Below, piece after piece: positions 11,818 to 25,983 of a stretch of DNA of 64,000 nt (position 1 is its first letter; every line of letters starts with the position of its first letter). The stretch comes from Octopus sinensis (lineage: Eukaryota), in assembly GCF_006345805.1 (NCBI RefSeq), contig NC_043005.1, forward strand, positions 21,328,001-21,392,000, in the 5' to 3' direction. Position numbers and translations under genes: made by a program. Below the pieces are notes generated by a model. The model made no database searches. It saw only the letters and a program-made list of their open reading frames with translations, and was not told the origin of the DNA.

Positions 11818-13929
11818 GTAATTATTCTTTGTATTTCAAGACTAGAATTTCTCTTATTTTTCTGAAATTTATTATTCTATTTGTACTTCATAATATATAG
11901 ACAACCATGTCTGGAAAGACATTGACAAATTTACCTATAAGGATAGATAAAGACAAAGTCCTGAAAAAGAAAAGTAATATTAAGAATTGTAAACAGTTAG
12001 GGCATTCTCATACAGCATTTGTTCACAGTGAACACTATTATGCGTGTTTTGAATAGTGTTTTTTAAGTAAAATGGGAAACTTTTGTTGTTTTTATTAAAC
12101 TTCAGCAGCAGCAGTAGTAGTAGTAGCAGCAGCAACAGCAATAGGGGGGGGGTAGTGGTGGTCATAGTGGTAGTGGGTGCTGGTGGTACTGATGGAGGTA
12201 GTAGTAGTAGCTGTTGCAGATGCAGTAGAAATAACTACAGGTTTCTCTTCATTTGTTTGTGTTAGCATCACATAGACAGTGTGTTACAGCACAGTGTCTC
12301 ACTACTAGTTGTTGTTCTTCATACTCCAATATACAGGATAAAAGAAAAAGTAATGCCAATGTATGTAGTTGTGTATTTTCTATGTTTTGCCATGGTTATT
12401 ATAGCAAGAGACCCTTCTTATCACCAGTCATACTGCATGGTGAGAGTACATTTCCCTGTGCTATCAGAATTTGAGAAGTTGTCTGCTGGGACTAAAGAGT
12501 CTTTTCTGCTTAAAACAAATTTCTCTTCAGAATAATTTTATGGTATTAAGAACCAACTAGTCAGCAGATTCACTCAATGTGAACTTAAAGATTTTGTCTA
12601 TTCCTAATGAAATCCTTCCTTCCTGAAACCATGGACATCAGGGGAAATTTACTTAGTTTAGTGATCTTGATATTTGAACACTCATGAATGCTAGGATGTC
12701 ATTATTGATGAATATTTCGGGGTCAAAAAGAAAGCTGAGCCATTTCACTGTATATGTGAGGAAATTTACTGAGCTACAAATATAACTATATTTAACTAAG
12801 TAGACATTACTTTAGAAATGAGGTTTGGTATCAGACTAGTAATACTCTTACAGAAAGCCTAACAAGGAGAACAGACACCTTTCCGGAAATTTCAACTCTT
12901 ATTCTCAAGTTATAATAAGAAACATAGTAGCCAGCATTACTAAAAGAGTATCCAATTTATCAACAATTGGAGACATTTGTGACCATAGCTTTTGCAATAC
13001 AGGGTGTTACCTAGGATTGGTTTTAGCGTGAAGTTAGTATAAACAGAGTATCTTCCACCTCCACATCTGAAAAAGAATTAGAAAGAGGATAACTTGATTC
13101 ACTCTATCTCTCAGTCTAAATGTCTCCCTGAACATAGCTGGGGAATTATAATCCTCCATTTAAAATTATTTCTCTGGTACATTTAAGTATTAAAAACTTA
13201 TGACTGTGCATAGTTTTAAGGTTTGTTATTCCTTTGAAGATTACATGACTTCCAACATTGTATGTGGATAAGAAAGTGTGATTCACTTACCTCTCTGGTT
13301 TTCTCATAGCACCGATCCTTTCCAACCAGGTTATATCTGTAGCTGCCTTACCCGCCTGACCTCTGGCCAGAACCTAATAGCAAATTCCCTCTTCTCCACA
13401 CAGTTACTACATCCACCCCATATGACTGCTCCATTCAAAAAGAGGGCCACATTGATCCTGCTTCCTCTCATGTGATGTCCCTCACTCCTCTCTTTCTGAC
13501 AAGGCTATTTAGCTGACGCTATACTCATATCTCATCATATTTCATCCCCACATGCCCCTCTGATCTCAAAGATTACCCCATCACCTCACTCCATGTCAAA
13601 ATCTGCCATCCACCTGGGTGGATGTCTTACCTGCTGTGACTTCTGCAGGGATGGAGTACTGCTCACATTCTCTCCTCTTCCTCCTCCTCCTCCATCATCT
13701 GACATATTGACAGACCTACAGACATCCAAGACATAATGTGGAATTCCATCAACAGACATTATTTTGAGAATTAACAGTCATTACTATTCCTTTTCTCTAT
13801 TGAGATGTGCAGTGCACATTTGGGGGCACAACTCAAACTTCATCTCCTGACTACATAAAGGTAGGCCCTCTCTTTTCTACAGGTCATTGAGATATCATAC
13901 ACAGATGTTGCCATTCATATCTCAGTATT

Positions 13930-14560
13930 GCTCTGTTCTAACCTGCTTATGGCTGCTTATATGCAGACTAACCTGCTTATGTGCAGACATGCACTTAGGC
14001 TGATACATCTCCAGCACTTCTTTGACAATAAGCAAGTGTTGTCACCATTTGTCAGACAAGATTTTTCTACAGCTCGTCTCTTTGACCAATGTATAGACCA
14101 ATGCAGGATATCTGATACCTTGAGTGTTGTCAAGCACTAACTGTCCTCTGTCAGTTGGGCAGTGCAGTTGGTGGAAGTTCAACAATAGTGTTCTATTGAG
14201 GGTTAGTGGCAGGCAAGTGCAACAACATTCTTGGAGAGATTCTGGGTGTTGATGAGAATCAACTTGCTGGTTTGTTCTTTTGGGCTAGTACCTATGGGTA
14301 ATTTCTAGAAATCCTTTGCCTGGCATTGCCAGTTAAGGATAAACTCTACAAGCATGGAAATGCTGTCAACTGGGCTTACCTGAGTTGAGCACAAAGTGAC
14401 AAAACTGTTCTGCATGCTCTCCTCCAACACCTAAGCATTCCTAACTTGTGAGCCTATGTTGAGTATCTGCTGTCACATGAAGGATGGATCCAGCTATTGG
14501 CTGAGACCATTGAGAAGATCATCCCATCACTGGGGGTTTGTACTGTTTGTCAAGTCAGAA
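13930..14560 (+). mobile_element. Decayed L1/Tx1-clade LINE, ORF2 C-terminal (zf-RVT-like) fragment
   Basis: + strand ALPVKDKLYKHGNAV...QSDKTVLHALLQHLSIPNL*AYVEYLL. Confidence 0.6.
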
Positions 14561-14759
14561 CAAGGAGATCAGACAGACAGTACTTTAGGCAATATGCATG
14601 CAGTTCCAAGTAATGTTGATTTTTGCAATACACCTTGATTGTAAGGTATTTCTAAAGTTTCCAGCTGTTGCTTCAGGTTGAGTGGTATTGAACCCAATGC
14701 CCTAATGACAACAGGGACAACCTTTACGTTCAACTCCTGTAGCTGCTACATTATTCATT

Positions 14760-15470
14760 TCTGCTCTAGGCACAAGACCTGAAATTTATTTTGGGGGAGG
14801 GAGCCAGTCAATTACATCAACCCCAGTATGCAACTGGTACTTAATTTATTGACCCCGAAAGGATGAAAGGTAAAGTCGACCTTGGTGGAATTTGTACTCA
14901 GAAAATAAAGACAGATGAAATACCGCTAAGAATTTCGCCTGGCATGCTAACATTCTACCAGCTCACCGCCTGTAGCTGCCACATTATTATCATTATTAAG
15001 GTAGTGAGCTAGCAGGGTTATTAGTAAGCCAAGGTAAATTATTTAGCAGCATTTCATCTTTCTTTAACTTCTGAGTTGAAATACTGCTAAGTTGACTTTT
15101 CCTTTCATCCTTTCTGAGTCAATGAAATAAGCACCAGTGGAGCACTGGAGTCCAAGTAATCAAATACCTACCATTTCCCAATACTTTTGGCCTTGCACCT
15201 ACACCGATAGGGATTATTATTATTATTGTCATCATCATCATCGTTTTAAGGCAGCAAGCTGGCAGAATCATTAGCACGCTGAATGAAATGCTTAGCAATA
15301 TTTTGCCCATAGCTACATTCTGAGCCCAAATTCCACTGAGGTCAACTTTGGTTTTCATCGTTTCAGGGTTGTTAAATTAAGCACCAATGAAACACTGGGG
15401 TTGATGTAATTGACTTATCTCCTCCAAAATTTCAGGCCTTGTGCCTTTAGTAGAAATGATTATTATTATT
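14760..15470. mobile_element. Cluster of three short SINE copies (one minus, two plus)
   Basis: Shared core gtcgactttgcctttcatcctttcggggtcgataaattaagtaccag-like and heads ggcggtgagctggcagaat-like. The same family recurs at about 47530, 50900 and 59640. Confidence 0.7.
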
Positions 15471-15479
15471 ATAGCAATA

Positions 15480-17893
15480 GCAACAATCATCCACACCACT
15501 ACCAACAACACCACCACCACATCAACACCAACAGTGACACCAACCATCACACCACCACCAATAATAGCAACAACATTATCATCATCAACACCAACAGCAA
15601 CACTACCCACAGCAATAACAGCAACAACAATGGGCAAAACACAAGCACTACCATTACCACAACCACCAATAGCAACAACAAAGTTAGCAACTATAACAAC
15701 AACTGCAACGATAATAACACTCTACACTCTGTCTTCTGTAACCCTAACAACAAATCTTATGACATGACAAGGATCTGTCCCACAGACTTACCCTTCAACA
15801 AAAAGGTATGTATCCCACCCCAAATTCACAGTGTAACAGAAGCAAAGATCTCATTGGCTAGAAATAGACTCTGATACATCTTAGACAGTACAACAAATCC
15901 ACTAAAAAACATAATGAAGAGGGGACCCACCAACTAAGTTCATCTGTTGCCAAAGGCCTACAAAAACTGAAACAGCTAATTAGGAATAGGGAATTAGTGA
16001 AGTAGAGTTCCATGAAGTCAACACGAGGGAACTGGGCCTCCTCCTTTGACTAAGGTACAACCATGACCTCAGTAGATTCTGCCCCACCAGGTGACAGAGG
16101 GGAAGACCACCCACCATCACCTCAGCAGTGAAGAAAAGCATCACAGAGTACTGGAGTGGCTGGAGTGTACTCACCCAAGACCCTGAGAACAACAGTCAGG
16201 GGAAAGGAATGATTGCACATGTAATAGGGGCTAGCGTAAGAACCACTTTGAAGAACCACATAGTAAAGTTTAACAAAACACTATACATGCAGATTCAAGG
16301 TGCTGGCATTGGTGTCAGTTTAGCTGGAGATGTGGCCAGCCTCTTCATGACCTGGTGGGACAGAAAACTTAAGCAATCCTTAGCAGAACAGTCCATAATT
16401 CTTCTACTTTACAGTAGGTATGTAAACAGCATTAATATCCTAGTTAAGACCAACTCTATTAATGGTAATGTAGAAACTGAGAGGAACATAATGGAGAGCA
16501 TCCAGCAAGGAGCCAACTCCATCCACCAAAGTATCAACGTAACTATAGATTACCCCATTAGGCACCCTAACAATAGACTCCCCATCCTTCATACTGAACT
16601 TTAGTTAGAGACAGTGAACAACAGAGTGCAGCTCCTCCACTTCTATTACATGAAACCCATTGCTTCTAAATATGTTGTTCACAAGAACTCAGCTTTTTCA
16701 CAAGGCAGGAAAATTAACATACTGATAGCAGACTTAGGCTAATGAACGTGTCCCCATTATGCAAACCCTATGAAATGAAGAAATATGTACAGAACTTCAT
16801 GCATCACATGCAGTTCTCTGGATATGATCAGAAAGATAGGGTTCGGGTATACAGGGGTGCTAGAAAGAAGTTATATAACATTATATGTAATGAAACCAGT
16901 GGTACCTGCCCTAGATATAGAAGCAAAGACGGGAATAGGATACAAAGAACTCATGAAAAAGTAAACATGGTATAAAACTGACAAATATCAAGGAGTGATT
17001 TTTGTAGAGGCCACAGCCCATGGAGAACTAGCCCGTAGATTTAGAAAAACTCTGAAGGCAACCAACCTCAACATTAAGATTGTTTAAAAGCCAGGGAACT
17101 CCATCAGATCACAACAATGTAGGACGTACCCCTTTGAGAATGCCATATACACCAATGATAACTGCATGGTACGTAGGATTAGCCCTGGCATTAACTGTAG
17201 AAGTAGAAATGTAGTCTACAGCATAAGATGCATAGCAGGTGCTTGTAAAGACATGAACATGACATATATAGGTAAGACATGTAGGATTATTGTGGAAAGA
17301 CTAAAGGAACATTTGATACAATATGACGCCAGAAAAACAGTCCTCCATACTCTACCAACATGGAGGCAACCTGGATCAACTTGACATTCACATTTTATCC
17401 AAGCATCCAAAGGACCCAAACCCTCAGGCAAATACAGGAGAACCTACTCATAAATGAAAATCCCCAGTACTAAATAGGAAATATACATAGTAGATAATCA
17501 TACCCCAACACCCATAGTATATATTTATATACAGGTAGAATAATTAGTGGGTTGTTATGTAGATGTATGTATATATGTGTGTGTGTGTGTGTATGTATAT
17601 GCACATGTATGTAGGCAAATGGATATAAAAGTAAGCAGATAGATATACAGATGGATAGGTAATGTGAACAGACACATACACACACATGCAAAACACTTAC
17701 ACAAAAACACACAAACCTGAACACAAAAACATATGAATATGCAGAATCCAGGGTCAACAGTTATTGAAAAGGTTGTGAGACGCAACAAAAATTTTAGTTA
17801 AAAAATGTAATTATGTAAAGAAGTGGAAATTTTACCAGTGAGTGTGTTAAATTATAGGGCACTAAAAGAGAATGACTCTCCCCAAACACAATA
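15480..17893 (+). mobile_element. Penelope-like retroelement (PLE copy 2): 5'-truncated, with an internal deletion
   Basis: Colinear with copy 1: MTRICPTDLPFNKKVCIPPQI, YMQIQGAGIGVSLAGDVASLFMTWWD, SRYVNSINIL, YSIRCIAGACKDMNMTYIGKTCR. About 540 bp equivalent to copy 1 3590-4130 is missing. Ends in the same terminal repeat (..gactctccccaaacacaata). Confidence 0.87.
17760..17798 (+). ncRNA. Hammerhead-like motif in the 3' repeat of PLE copy 2; degenerate
   Basis: gTTA-TTGAAAA-G-GTTGT-gagac-GCAAC-aAAA-AT-TT-TAGT. G12 is changed to A. Confidence 0.6.
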
Positions 17894-18508
17894 GAATATC
17901 ACTTTGTAGCTATTTGTAAAATAAAAGAACTATGCAAAAATACCAGCATTTGAAATTTTGATTAAAATAGCAGAAAATTAACCAATGGATTGTTTTAAAA
18001 ATGGCCTATGTACAACTAAAACCCAAATTCATCCACAAAATAGTTTGTTAGCATAAGACACTTCTCTTGAAATTAATGTGAATTCTGCTACATCATGGGA
18101 TACACATGGAACTTCACCTCAATGTTTAGGTTGTAGGTAATCCTTTTGTATATCCCTCTACCAATGGTGTGCATGGCTGTAATAACACTTGACACAGGCT
18201 GACCACATTTTTAAGTATGTAATAGCTCTATAAAAGCATACCATTAGAGAAGAGACATACAAATGCATTGTCTTGAGCCTAAGTAGTAAGACAAGGTTTC
18301 CATTAAGTTTGAAGAAATTGTACAACTCACATGAATTTTGATGAGGATGTCATTTCATGGATCAATTATTTGTTTACAATAAATTAAACATTTACAAAAT
18401 TTTGTACCACATAGTTTACAATATTTGATATGTGTGGTGTGTGTGTTTGGTTGGGTGGACATGTATAAAATGTATTTCTTGTTTTCTATGTTTTCTTTTT
18501 TTATCCAG

Positions 18509-18742
18509 CCGATGGAGCGCCTCTTGTGCTTAAAAATACTAGCATAGCAAGCAAACATACATTTGAACGTCTTGAGAATTTAACCCTAGCTGACTGTCAG
18601 GAAGGTTGTTATCTATATACAGACTGTTCATCATATTCATTCAATACCAAAGCTGAGATCTGTGAACTGAGTCGTGCGAATGAGTTGAGTCATATAATTC
18701 ACCATGACAGTGAAAGTTTGGAGGTACATGTTCTTAACCAAG
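18509..18742 (+). CDS. Exon B4: PAN/apple-like module, class B
   Basis: tccAG|..G|GTcagt, 234 nt. DGAPLVLKNTSIASKHTFERLENLTLADCQEGCYLYTDCSSYSFNTKAEICELSRANELSHIIHHDSESLEVHVLNQ. Confidence 0.88.
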
Positions 18743-18906
18743 GTCAGTGAATTCTTCCTTTATTATTTATTGTGTGCATACCTGTGTGTATTTACATAGA
18801 TACATGTGTGTGTATTTACCTATCTATCTATCTTTCTATGTATCTATCTAGCTTTCTATCTATTTATCTATCTATGTATCTCTCTCTTCTCTCTCTCTCT
18901 CTCTCC

Positions 18907-18944
<38 letters not shown>

Positions 18945-20488
18945 TGTCAGTAAATCATAAATCCAAAAGAGAAGCACACTCTAGAGCTAGAATATTTAGA
19001 TAAAGATAGTTATGGCTGGTTTATAGGGTTACCCAGAGTGTCACATCCATAAAGCACTTTGCTTTATGTCTCATCAGACTGTAATGGTTGACCATAACTA
19101 TCTTTATCTAAACATATATGTATGTGTGTGTGTGTGTTAAAGTTTGGAAAATGGAGAGTTGGTAAAGATGTAAATTAATTTAACATAGTTCTAAGGTAAA
19201 AACTGAATACAAATAAATTTAAAAAAAGAAAACTATGTACATTTCGATTCCAGCCCACAGATAAATGCAAAATTTCAAGAACTGCATTAAATCCAATGAT
19301 GAGAATTATCATTTTGAAAAATATAGGGTAGAATCTCTTCAGAGATTTTTTTTTTTTTTAAGCTGATGTTTACATGCTTATGAAAGGGATTAAGTTAATA
19401 TACTAGGGAAGAAAGGAAATATCTATCTTCATATAGAGTGTAGGTATATGTTAAGAATATCATACAAATAAACAAAAAATATAAAAGTATAAAAATAATT
19501 AAAAATAAAAATATTAAAAAATAATACATAAAAAGTATTAGCAAATAGAAATAAAGACGTATTATAATCACAAAGATAAAATAAAAACAAATAGTAATAA
19601 ATATGTAATACAAATAAAAATAAAACCATCATCTATTTAAATTACTATTAGTTTACATAGTCAATGTAAACTCTTGACCAAAGTGTCAGTAGCCATAAAA
19701 TCCTATCGAATCAAATTTATTTATTTATATATAATAGTGTGTAGTCAAGTTTGAACTGTATAGTTGTTAAGAAATGCATCATTTCATATTTATATATATA
19801 CTCATATAGACTGTTAGTGTATGTATGTGTGTTTGTTTATATTACAGTTATATGTACTTATGTAGGAGTGTGTTTGCCTTTATATAAATGTGAAAATATT
19901 CTTATATACTTATATATATATGTCGAGGATATTTTCCTACTTTTCTTAACATGAATCCAATGGTAACCTTAATTTACAAATAAAGAAATTATATATCAAC
20001 CAATGTAGTGTTAAGCACTCATTTCATCATTCAATATTTATGTATATATTATGTAGAATATGAGGATTTTAGACCACCGCTTAGATTCCTCTAATATATA
20101 TGTATCTATATATATATGTGTGTGTATATATATCAAAAGAATGTGCTTATAATACTATTCCACAGCCACACTAACAATCCAATAATACTGTTGCACATAT
20201 ACAAAAACAGCCATACCAACAATCCTAAATACCTCCATCATCAGCTGTCCTACAGATACCATTATAGTTTCAATACCTGAGCAGTACCATTCAATCCAGT
20301 GGTGTCAACAGCACTAAAATAAGTGTTGTCTGAAAACAAACCAAGGAAACCACAGCTTTCAAACACATTTACCTTATGTAAATAAATTCAATAAGTAAAT
20401 TACAACCAACTCCTAAATAGGTAACTAAACAGCAACAGATCTATTAAGTCATACAAAAATTATAATCCCTACCATCTTCCATAACACC

Positions 20489-20522
<34 letters not shown>

Positions 20523-20525
<3 letters not shown>

Positions 20526-21150
20526 TATCAAAAGATTCCTGGACTAGCTATGTTTAATAAAAAATAATTAATTTACCTAAGTTTTAACATCTTTAAAATA
20601 GTCACCTTGTACAGCAATACACTGGTCCCAGTGTCTCAGCCATTTTTGGAATCCAGCCTGGAAGTCATTTTCTGTAAGTGAGCCAAAGACCTTCTGCGAT
20701 TCACTCTGGATCTCTTCAGCAGTGTTCAAGCAGCAATCATTGAGTTGCATTTTCATCCTGGGGAAGAGATGGAAGCCCACAGGTGGAATAGGGTGGGTGC
20801 CAAAGCAATGCCATGTTGGTTTTGGTGAGGAACTCATGAGTGAGGAGATCTCAGTGAAGAATCCAATTCTTTGTGCTTCACAGATCCAGCCACTTTCACC
20901 AACTTGCCTCCCTCAAATGCTTCAAAACATCGCAGCTGGACTCACAATTGACAGTCTGGCCTTGGGGTACAAATTCTCAATGCACAATATCACATTTCCA
21001 GGAGATGCTTGTGGCTGGTCTTCCAGATTGCTCATTGTCTTCCAGGGACATTCTTCTGCTTTTGAAGCACCCATGCCACTCGAAGCATTGTGTATGTCCC
21101 ATTGCCATAAGCTTGCCAAAGTATAATAGTAAACAACCGACTATATAGGA
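20523..21150 (-). mobile_element. Mariner transposon fragment (transposase C-terminus and TIR), internally deleted
   Basis: FHLFPRMKMQL..IQSESQKVFGSLTENDFQAGFQKWLRHWDQCIAVQGDYF. TIR-like ggtatcaaaaagattcctggact. Confidence 0.8.
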
Positions 21151-21349
21151 AATAGAGTGGATGATGATAATCTACTGAGAGATCTGAACTTACTAATATC
21201 AGTGGTACATCAAACTATACCCACAAGTAACACTATCTACCTATCTGTCTATCTATCCATCTGCATGTCTGTCCAGCCATCAATTCATCTATTTCTCTTT
21301 CTCTGTGTGTATGCATGCATGTTGACTTCAGTTTCTTTTACTATTTCAG

Positions 21350-21520
21350 CTCACAAAAAAATTGACTGTGGTCCACCAAAAGACATTGCTGGTGCAAAGA
21401 TGTCCTACAGTGCCACCACCTATAGAGCTGAAGTGATCTATACTTGTCCAGGAGGAGAAACAGTGGAATCAGTATGTAAAGAGGATGATAGATGGACTCC
21501 AGTTGCATCTGATTGTGGAG
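21350..21520 (+). CDS. Exon S5: compact sushi/CCP-like module
   Basis: ttcAG|..G|GTaatg, 171 nt. HKKIDCGPPKDIAGAKMSYSATTYRAEVIYTCPGGETVESVCKEDDRWTPVASDCG. Confidence 0.9.
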
Positions 21521-22499
21521 GTAATGTAAACAGGTTCTCTCTTGTCTCTGAATTGGAAAATTTGTTGTTTTATGTAAAATATCTTTATCAAAAGAAGAAC
21601 AACTAACTCCATGACAATTTCCATGGTGTCTGTGGCTGGTGGGAGGAAGACAGGAAGCTATCCTCATACCAGAGACCTCCCAATATTCTTGCAACAGAGT
21701 GGACTTCATTAACCTTTTGATACCAACCTGAATGAGACTGCCTCTGGCTCTGTAGTACAAATGTCTTGTTTTCAAAAGTTCTAAATTAAAATCTTCCATC
21801 AAACCTTACTCACAATTTATATTCCTAACACTAGCTTAATGATAACTAAGTTATTTTACTAAATTCTTTGTCATATTTAAAATTAACTGAAAGAAACATA
21901 AAGCGTCTCAACAGAAATATGATAACAAAAGGGTTAACTCTATCCAAGGTTGTGGTAATGCTATTAGTTTGTGTGATGGATTAAGTCTGCCAAACAAGAA
22001 CAGCAAGTGTGGAATTTTGTTCTCTCCAGTAGGCTTCCACATAGTTTCCATCCACCAAATTTCATCTGCAAGGCTTAGTTGTGAAGAGAATTTTTAACTG
22101 CATAATACCACATTGTTATGAAATGAACCTTTTGTTTCCACTGCTATATCTCAGCTCATCTAGGTATTTTTTCTCTTAACTTCTAACTTGACCTTCCTCA
22201 TGCATACATCATGTCATCATCTGAATCTGTACTGTACATTGCACTAAGTTCTACTTTACTAACATTCAAAATCATCTGAAATTTCTGATGTTTTAGTGAT
22301 AGTCCATTCCACCATCTTAAAATATAATGATATGAATAATAATAGTGGTTTCTGATTTAGAAAAAGAAGGTCACTTTCTACTCCAAGGACAATTGTCCTT
22401 TCCAATTATTGTTCTTTGACCTACAGGTTTATGCACTGTGGGACCCATCACTTCTCACATCACTTTCAGTAATTCCCTTTGAGTACAGTATCTGCCCTT

Positions 22500-23310
22500 C
22501 CATCCTCACCTCCTTTACCAGCAAAACTTTACAAATGCAATTGAGGGATTGACCAAAGAGGAAAGTCCACATTGCCAGGCCTTTCAACCTCATCCAAAGC
22601 ACCACTTCTTTGCTATAGCTACCAGGCAAAAGAAAACTCCCTTCTTTGTTCAGAAGAATAGTGGGACAATCATCATGATGGAATTGACTGACAGCCAGAT
22701 TTGAACTACACTCAACAGCTACTGTCTGACATATATCTACAAGTCAATAATGCTTGGATATTGAATGAGTTCATGTAAAATGATTTTGTTGCTCAGTGTA
22801 CATCTCAGACAACACTGTCTGATGGCAATAGATTTTATTTTGGACCAGTAGAGCCCTTTGGTAGCACTGCCAAGGACTCCAGGAAGTTGTCCATAGTCTT
22901 CGGAGACCAAAAATATCTTTGAAACAAATTTGTATCATTCTCATAGATGCCTAGAGTGTTCCTAATAATGTCCATGCATTTCCCTTCCTCTAATCCTCTT
23001 TAGATTGCTAGAGAGTAACATCCACTAATTTCTTTGACCAGGTCAGGTTTGATCCAGTATACTTAGAATTACATTAGATAATCTGGCCCTCCCTTTTTAA
23101 AATAGTGTAACATGACTGAGAAAGAGTTTGTTAATATATCTAACATGTTTTGCATTCACATAGAGGATTTCCACAGTGACTGGTCCATGGTGAATATTGA
23201 ACTTAATATTGCAAGCTAACTGATCTGACACAGTTGTTTCATTCAACACCACCACCTGGCCCTTCATGTAGTCATGGTGACAGTGGTGGTGAACAATACT
23301 TGATCTAATG
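22500..23310 (-). mobile_element. Ancient L1/Tx1 LINE 3' relic shared between cassettes (intron S5-A6)
   Basis: Minus-strand remnants KTMDNFLESLA, LLVQNKIYCH, KIILHELIQYPSIIDL and FFCLVAIAKK. Landmark gattacattagataatctggcc is also at about 36590 and 50745. Confidence 0.6.
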
Positions 23311-23374
23311 TTATTATATCTGTGTTCAAAAAGTATCTTTGGGCATATAAAAAGCAATTTTGTACTTTTCACAG

Positions 23375-24605
23375 GTTTTATTAATCTTCTTCAAAATACT
23401 TTCCTTGGGAATTAACACTTCTCCCAGCAGTTGTGCCATATATAATAACACCTCTGGAACACCATCTCTGGAATGATATGAAGCTCTGCCATCACTTTTA
23501 TTGCAATTTCTTCTCACATCTCAAATTGCTCTCCTTTCAATTTAGGAAAGAAATAGATGTCACTCAGTGCCATATCAGGAGAGTAGGGAGCCTGTTGAAC
23601 AAGTGGTGTGTTGTTCTTGACCAAGAAAACTTGGATTGTGAGGGCAAATGAACAGGAGTATTGTTGTGATGGAGTTGTCAATTCTTTGCTTTGTGCATGT
23701 CTGACTACTTTCAATCATCAATATCATGAAAGTGATGTATAACTGCCAAATAGTATTCCTTATTGATTTTCTGGTCTTGTGGTGCATATTCATGATGCAC
23801 AATCCACAGCATTCAGAGAAACAGGTCAACATTACCTTCAAATTGCTGCAAACCTGTCATGATTTTTGGGCCTTGATGATGACATATGCTTCAACAAAGG
23901 GGACTGGAACTTAGTAACCAAGTCGTGACCATAAACCCATGTCTTATCACCAGTGATGATAGTCTTCATGAAGTCTGGATTGTAGTTAGCACAGTTCAGC
24001 ATGTCCTGAGCGATTTCCATGCAGAGTTGCTTCTGCTACTCTACCAACACATTGACAATGAATTTCACTGACACTCTCTGCATACACAGATTGAAAGCAC
24101 TGATCCTGTGTTTATTCCCACTTCATGAATAAGTTTCTTGGTTATTACACAATAGTCTTTCCTGACTATTTACCAAACCTTCTCAATCAGCTCTTTGTTT
24201 CAGCTTGTGAATTGCCTGCCTGAGCATGCCTCACTCTCCACTGAGATGCAGCCATGTTTTAAGTGGTTGTACTACTCCTTGATTTGAGTTTTTTTCCCAT
24301 GGCATCATTGCTAAAGGCCTGCTTAAGCTTCTGGATGGTTTGAACTTGAATATCACCAAGCTTTTAGCAAAACTTGAAGCAAAATCTCTGCTTGATTCAT
24401 TCAGTGTAATGAAAATCAAACAAGTTTGCACTACACATCTGTAATCAAGGTGTAACACCCAGGAATTGATACAGCCAACTGACACGAAAATTTTTAATTA
24501 TACACAGGAAGGGTAGTGTCACCTTCCACCCAAGGATTTTGCCCTTGTGGCATTAGTTTTAGTGGGGAAGAAAATAAAGTTCGATACTTTTTTGGTGCAT
24601 CTCAT
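23375..24605 (-). mobile_element. Mariner transposon, near full length, decayed
   Basis: Remnants DFMKTIITGDKTWVYG and QQAPYSPDMALSDIYFFPKLK, with many frameshifts. Confidence 0.82.
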
Positions 24606-25746
24606 GTTTATTAAAGTAGAAAACATTCACATTGACCAACAGTTACTTAGGCAAGACATGGATCATATGAACCTTACAAGTGTAGGAAGGAGGTTTGCCT
24701 GAGAATTTCATGACATAGCTGTTTCTTTCATGACTAGGTAATCAATTATGTATCCATTGTTTAGGCACAAGGCCAAATATAATTAAAGAAAGCAATGAGA
24801 TTGTGTGTTATTCACATCTTTCTCAAGGGCATTAATTGTCTAAGTAAAATGAACTGACTTAGACTAAAAATGAAACCCAGATCGTTGACTCACATCATTC
24901 AATCCATATTTATACTGAAAGAACAACTAGGGAAAAGTACGGCCATTTCCTGCATGGAAAAGAAATAGGAAAATGGCTAGCTATTGAACCAAGTCATTAT
25001 CACTAATTAAAATTATAGCCTCAATGGCTAGTAAAGTCATTAAGTTAATGACTTGTTGTCATGAAATTCAAAAGAGGCAACTTCATAAAGATATTCACTT
25101 TTCTTTTTTCATCTCGCTAAAATCATAATTTTCAGGAATTAAAATTTCTTAGCTTGCTAACATTGAGATTTGCATATCCACCTTTACTACTTATTTTATA
25201 TTTATTCACTAGATGATAATACAAATGCTCTTTTAGTTTTTGAGGGCAAAGCATTACAAAATCACTAAAGTGATGGGTTTTGCCATCACTAGTTATATTT
25301 AGTTACATCCTTTTACATTCTGGGTTCAAATCCCACCTGGATGTATTTCACCTTTCTTACTTCTGGAGATGATAAAATAAGTATTATTCAAGTACAGAAT
25401 TTCAACTGTTTTCATGTATCCTCCCTGCAAAACTTGTAGCTTGTGTTTAAGTTAGAAATATTAAATATTGTTAAGTTCAACAGTAATTATAATTGTTCTT
25501 GTTATTAAGGTGATGGATCAACAGATTTATTAGATTATCAAAGAATGTTGTGATATTTGTTCTAGCTCTTTAATTTCTGACCTCATATCCTGCTGACGTA
25601 AGCTTTGTCTTTCCTGGACCAAGAAAACACTATACCAATCAAGTATATTGGGCAATTTAAATTACCAATTCTGACCTCAGATTTTTTGTGCGAAGTTATT
25701 ATTATGGTTCTTATTTATATTTGTATAAATTTTCCTTTAATTCTAG

Positions 25747-25983
25747 ATACTCAGATGCATTTTGTGAAAGTAAGTGGTGCAATTCTACATGTACCTGGGA
25801 AAATATTGTGGAATGAAAATGTAACAGCAGAAGACTGTGCAAATGAATGCTTATCTGACGATACTTGTTTATCATTTGAAATAAGTAGAGGAAGTGGAAA
25901 ATGTTACATATCAAAGGAAAGTGCAGCTTCTTCCAACAGATTAAAACCAACCAATAAAAGAGATTACTATCAACGAATAAAAC
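25747..25983 (+). CDS. Exon A6: PAN/apple-like module, class A (one codon shorter)
   Basis: tctAG|..C|GTaatt, 237 nt. TQMHFVKVSGAILHVPGKILWNENVTAEDCANECLSDDTCLSFEISRGSGKCYISKESAASSNRLKPTNKRDYYQRIK. Confidence 0.9.

Noticed and set aside
22850-22950. Polinton-type DNA polymerase B motif in TMDNFLESLAVLPK
   Set aside because: Correcting a frameshift and comparing with copies at 14300, 29880 and 36350 gives the L1/Tx1 C-terminal sequence TMDNFxKSLA..CY..ALPVxDKLY.
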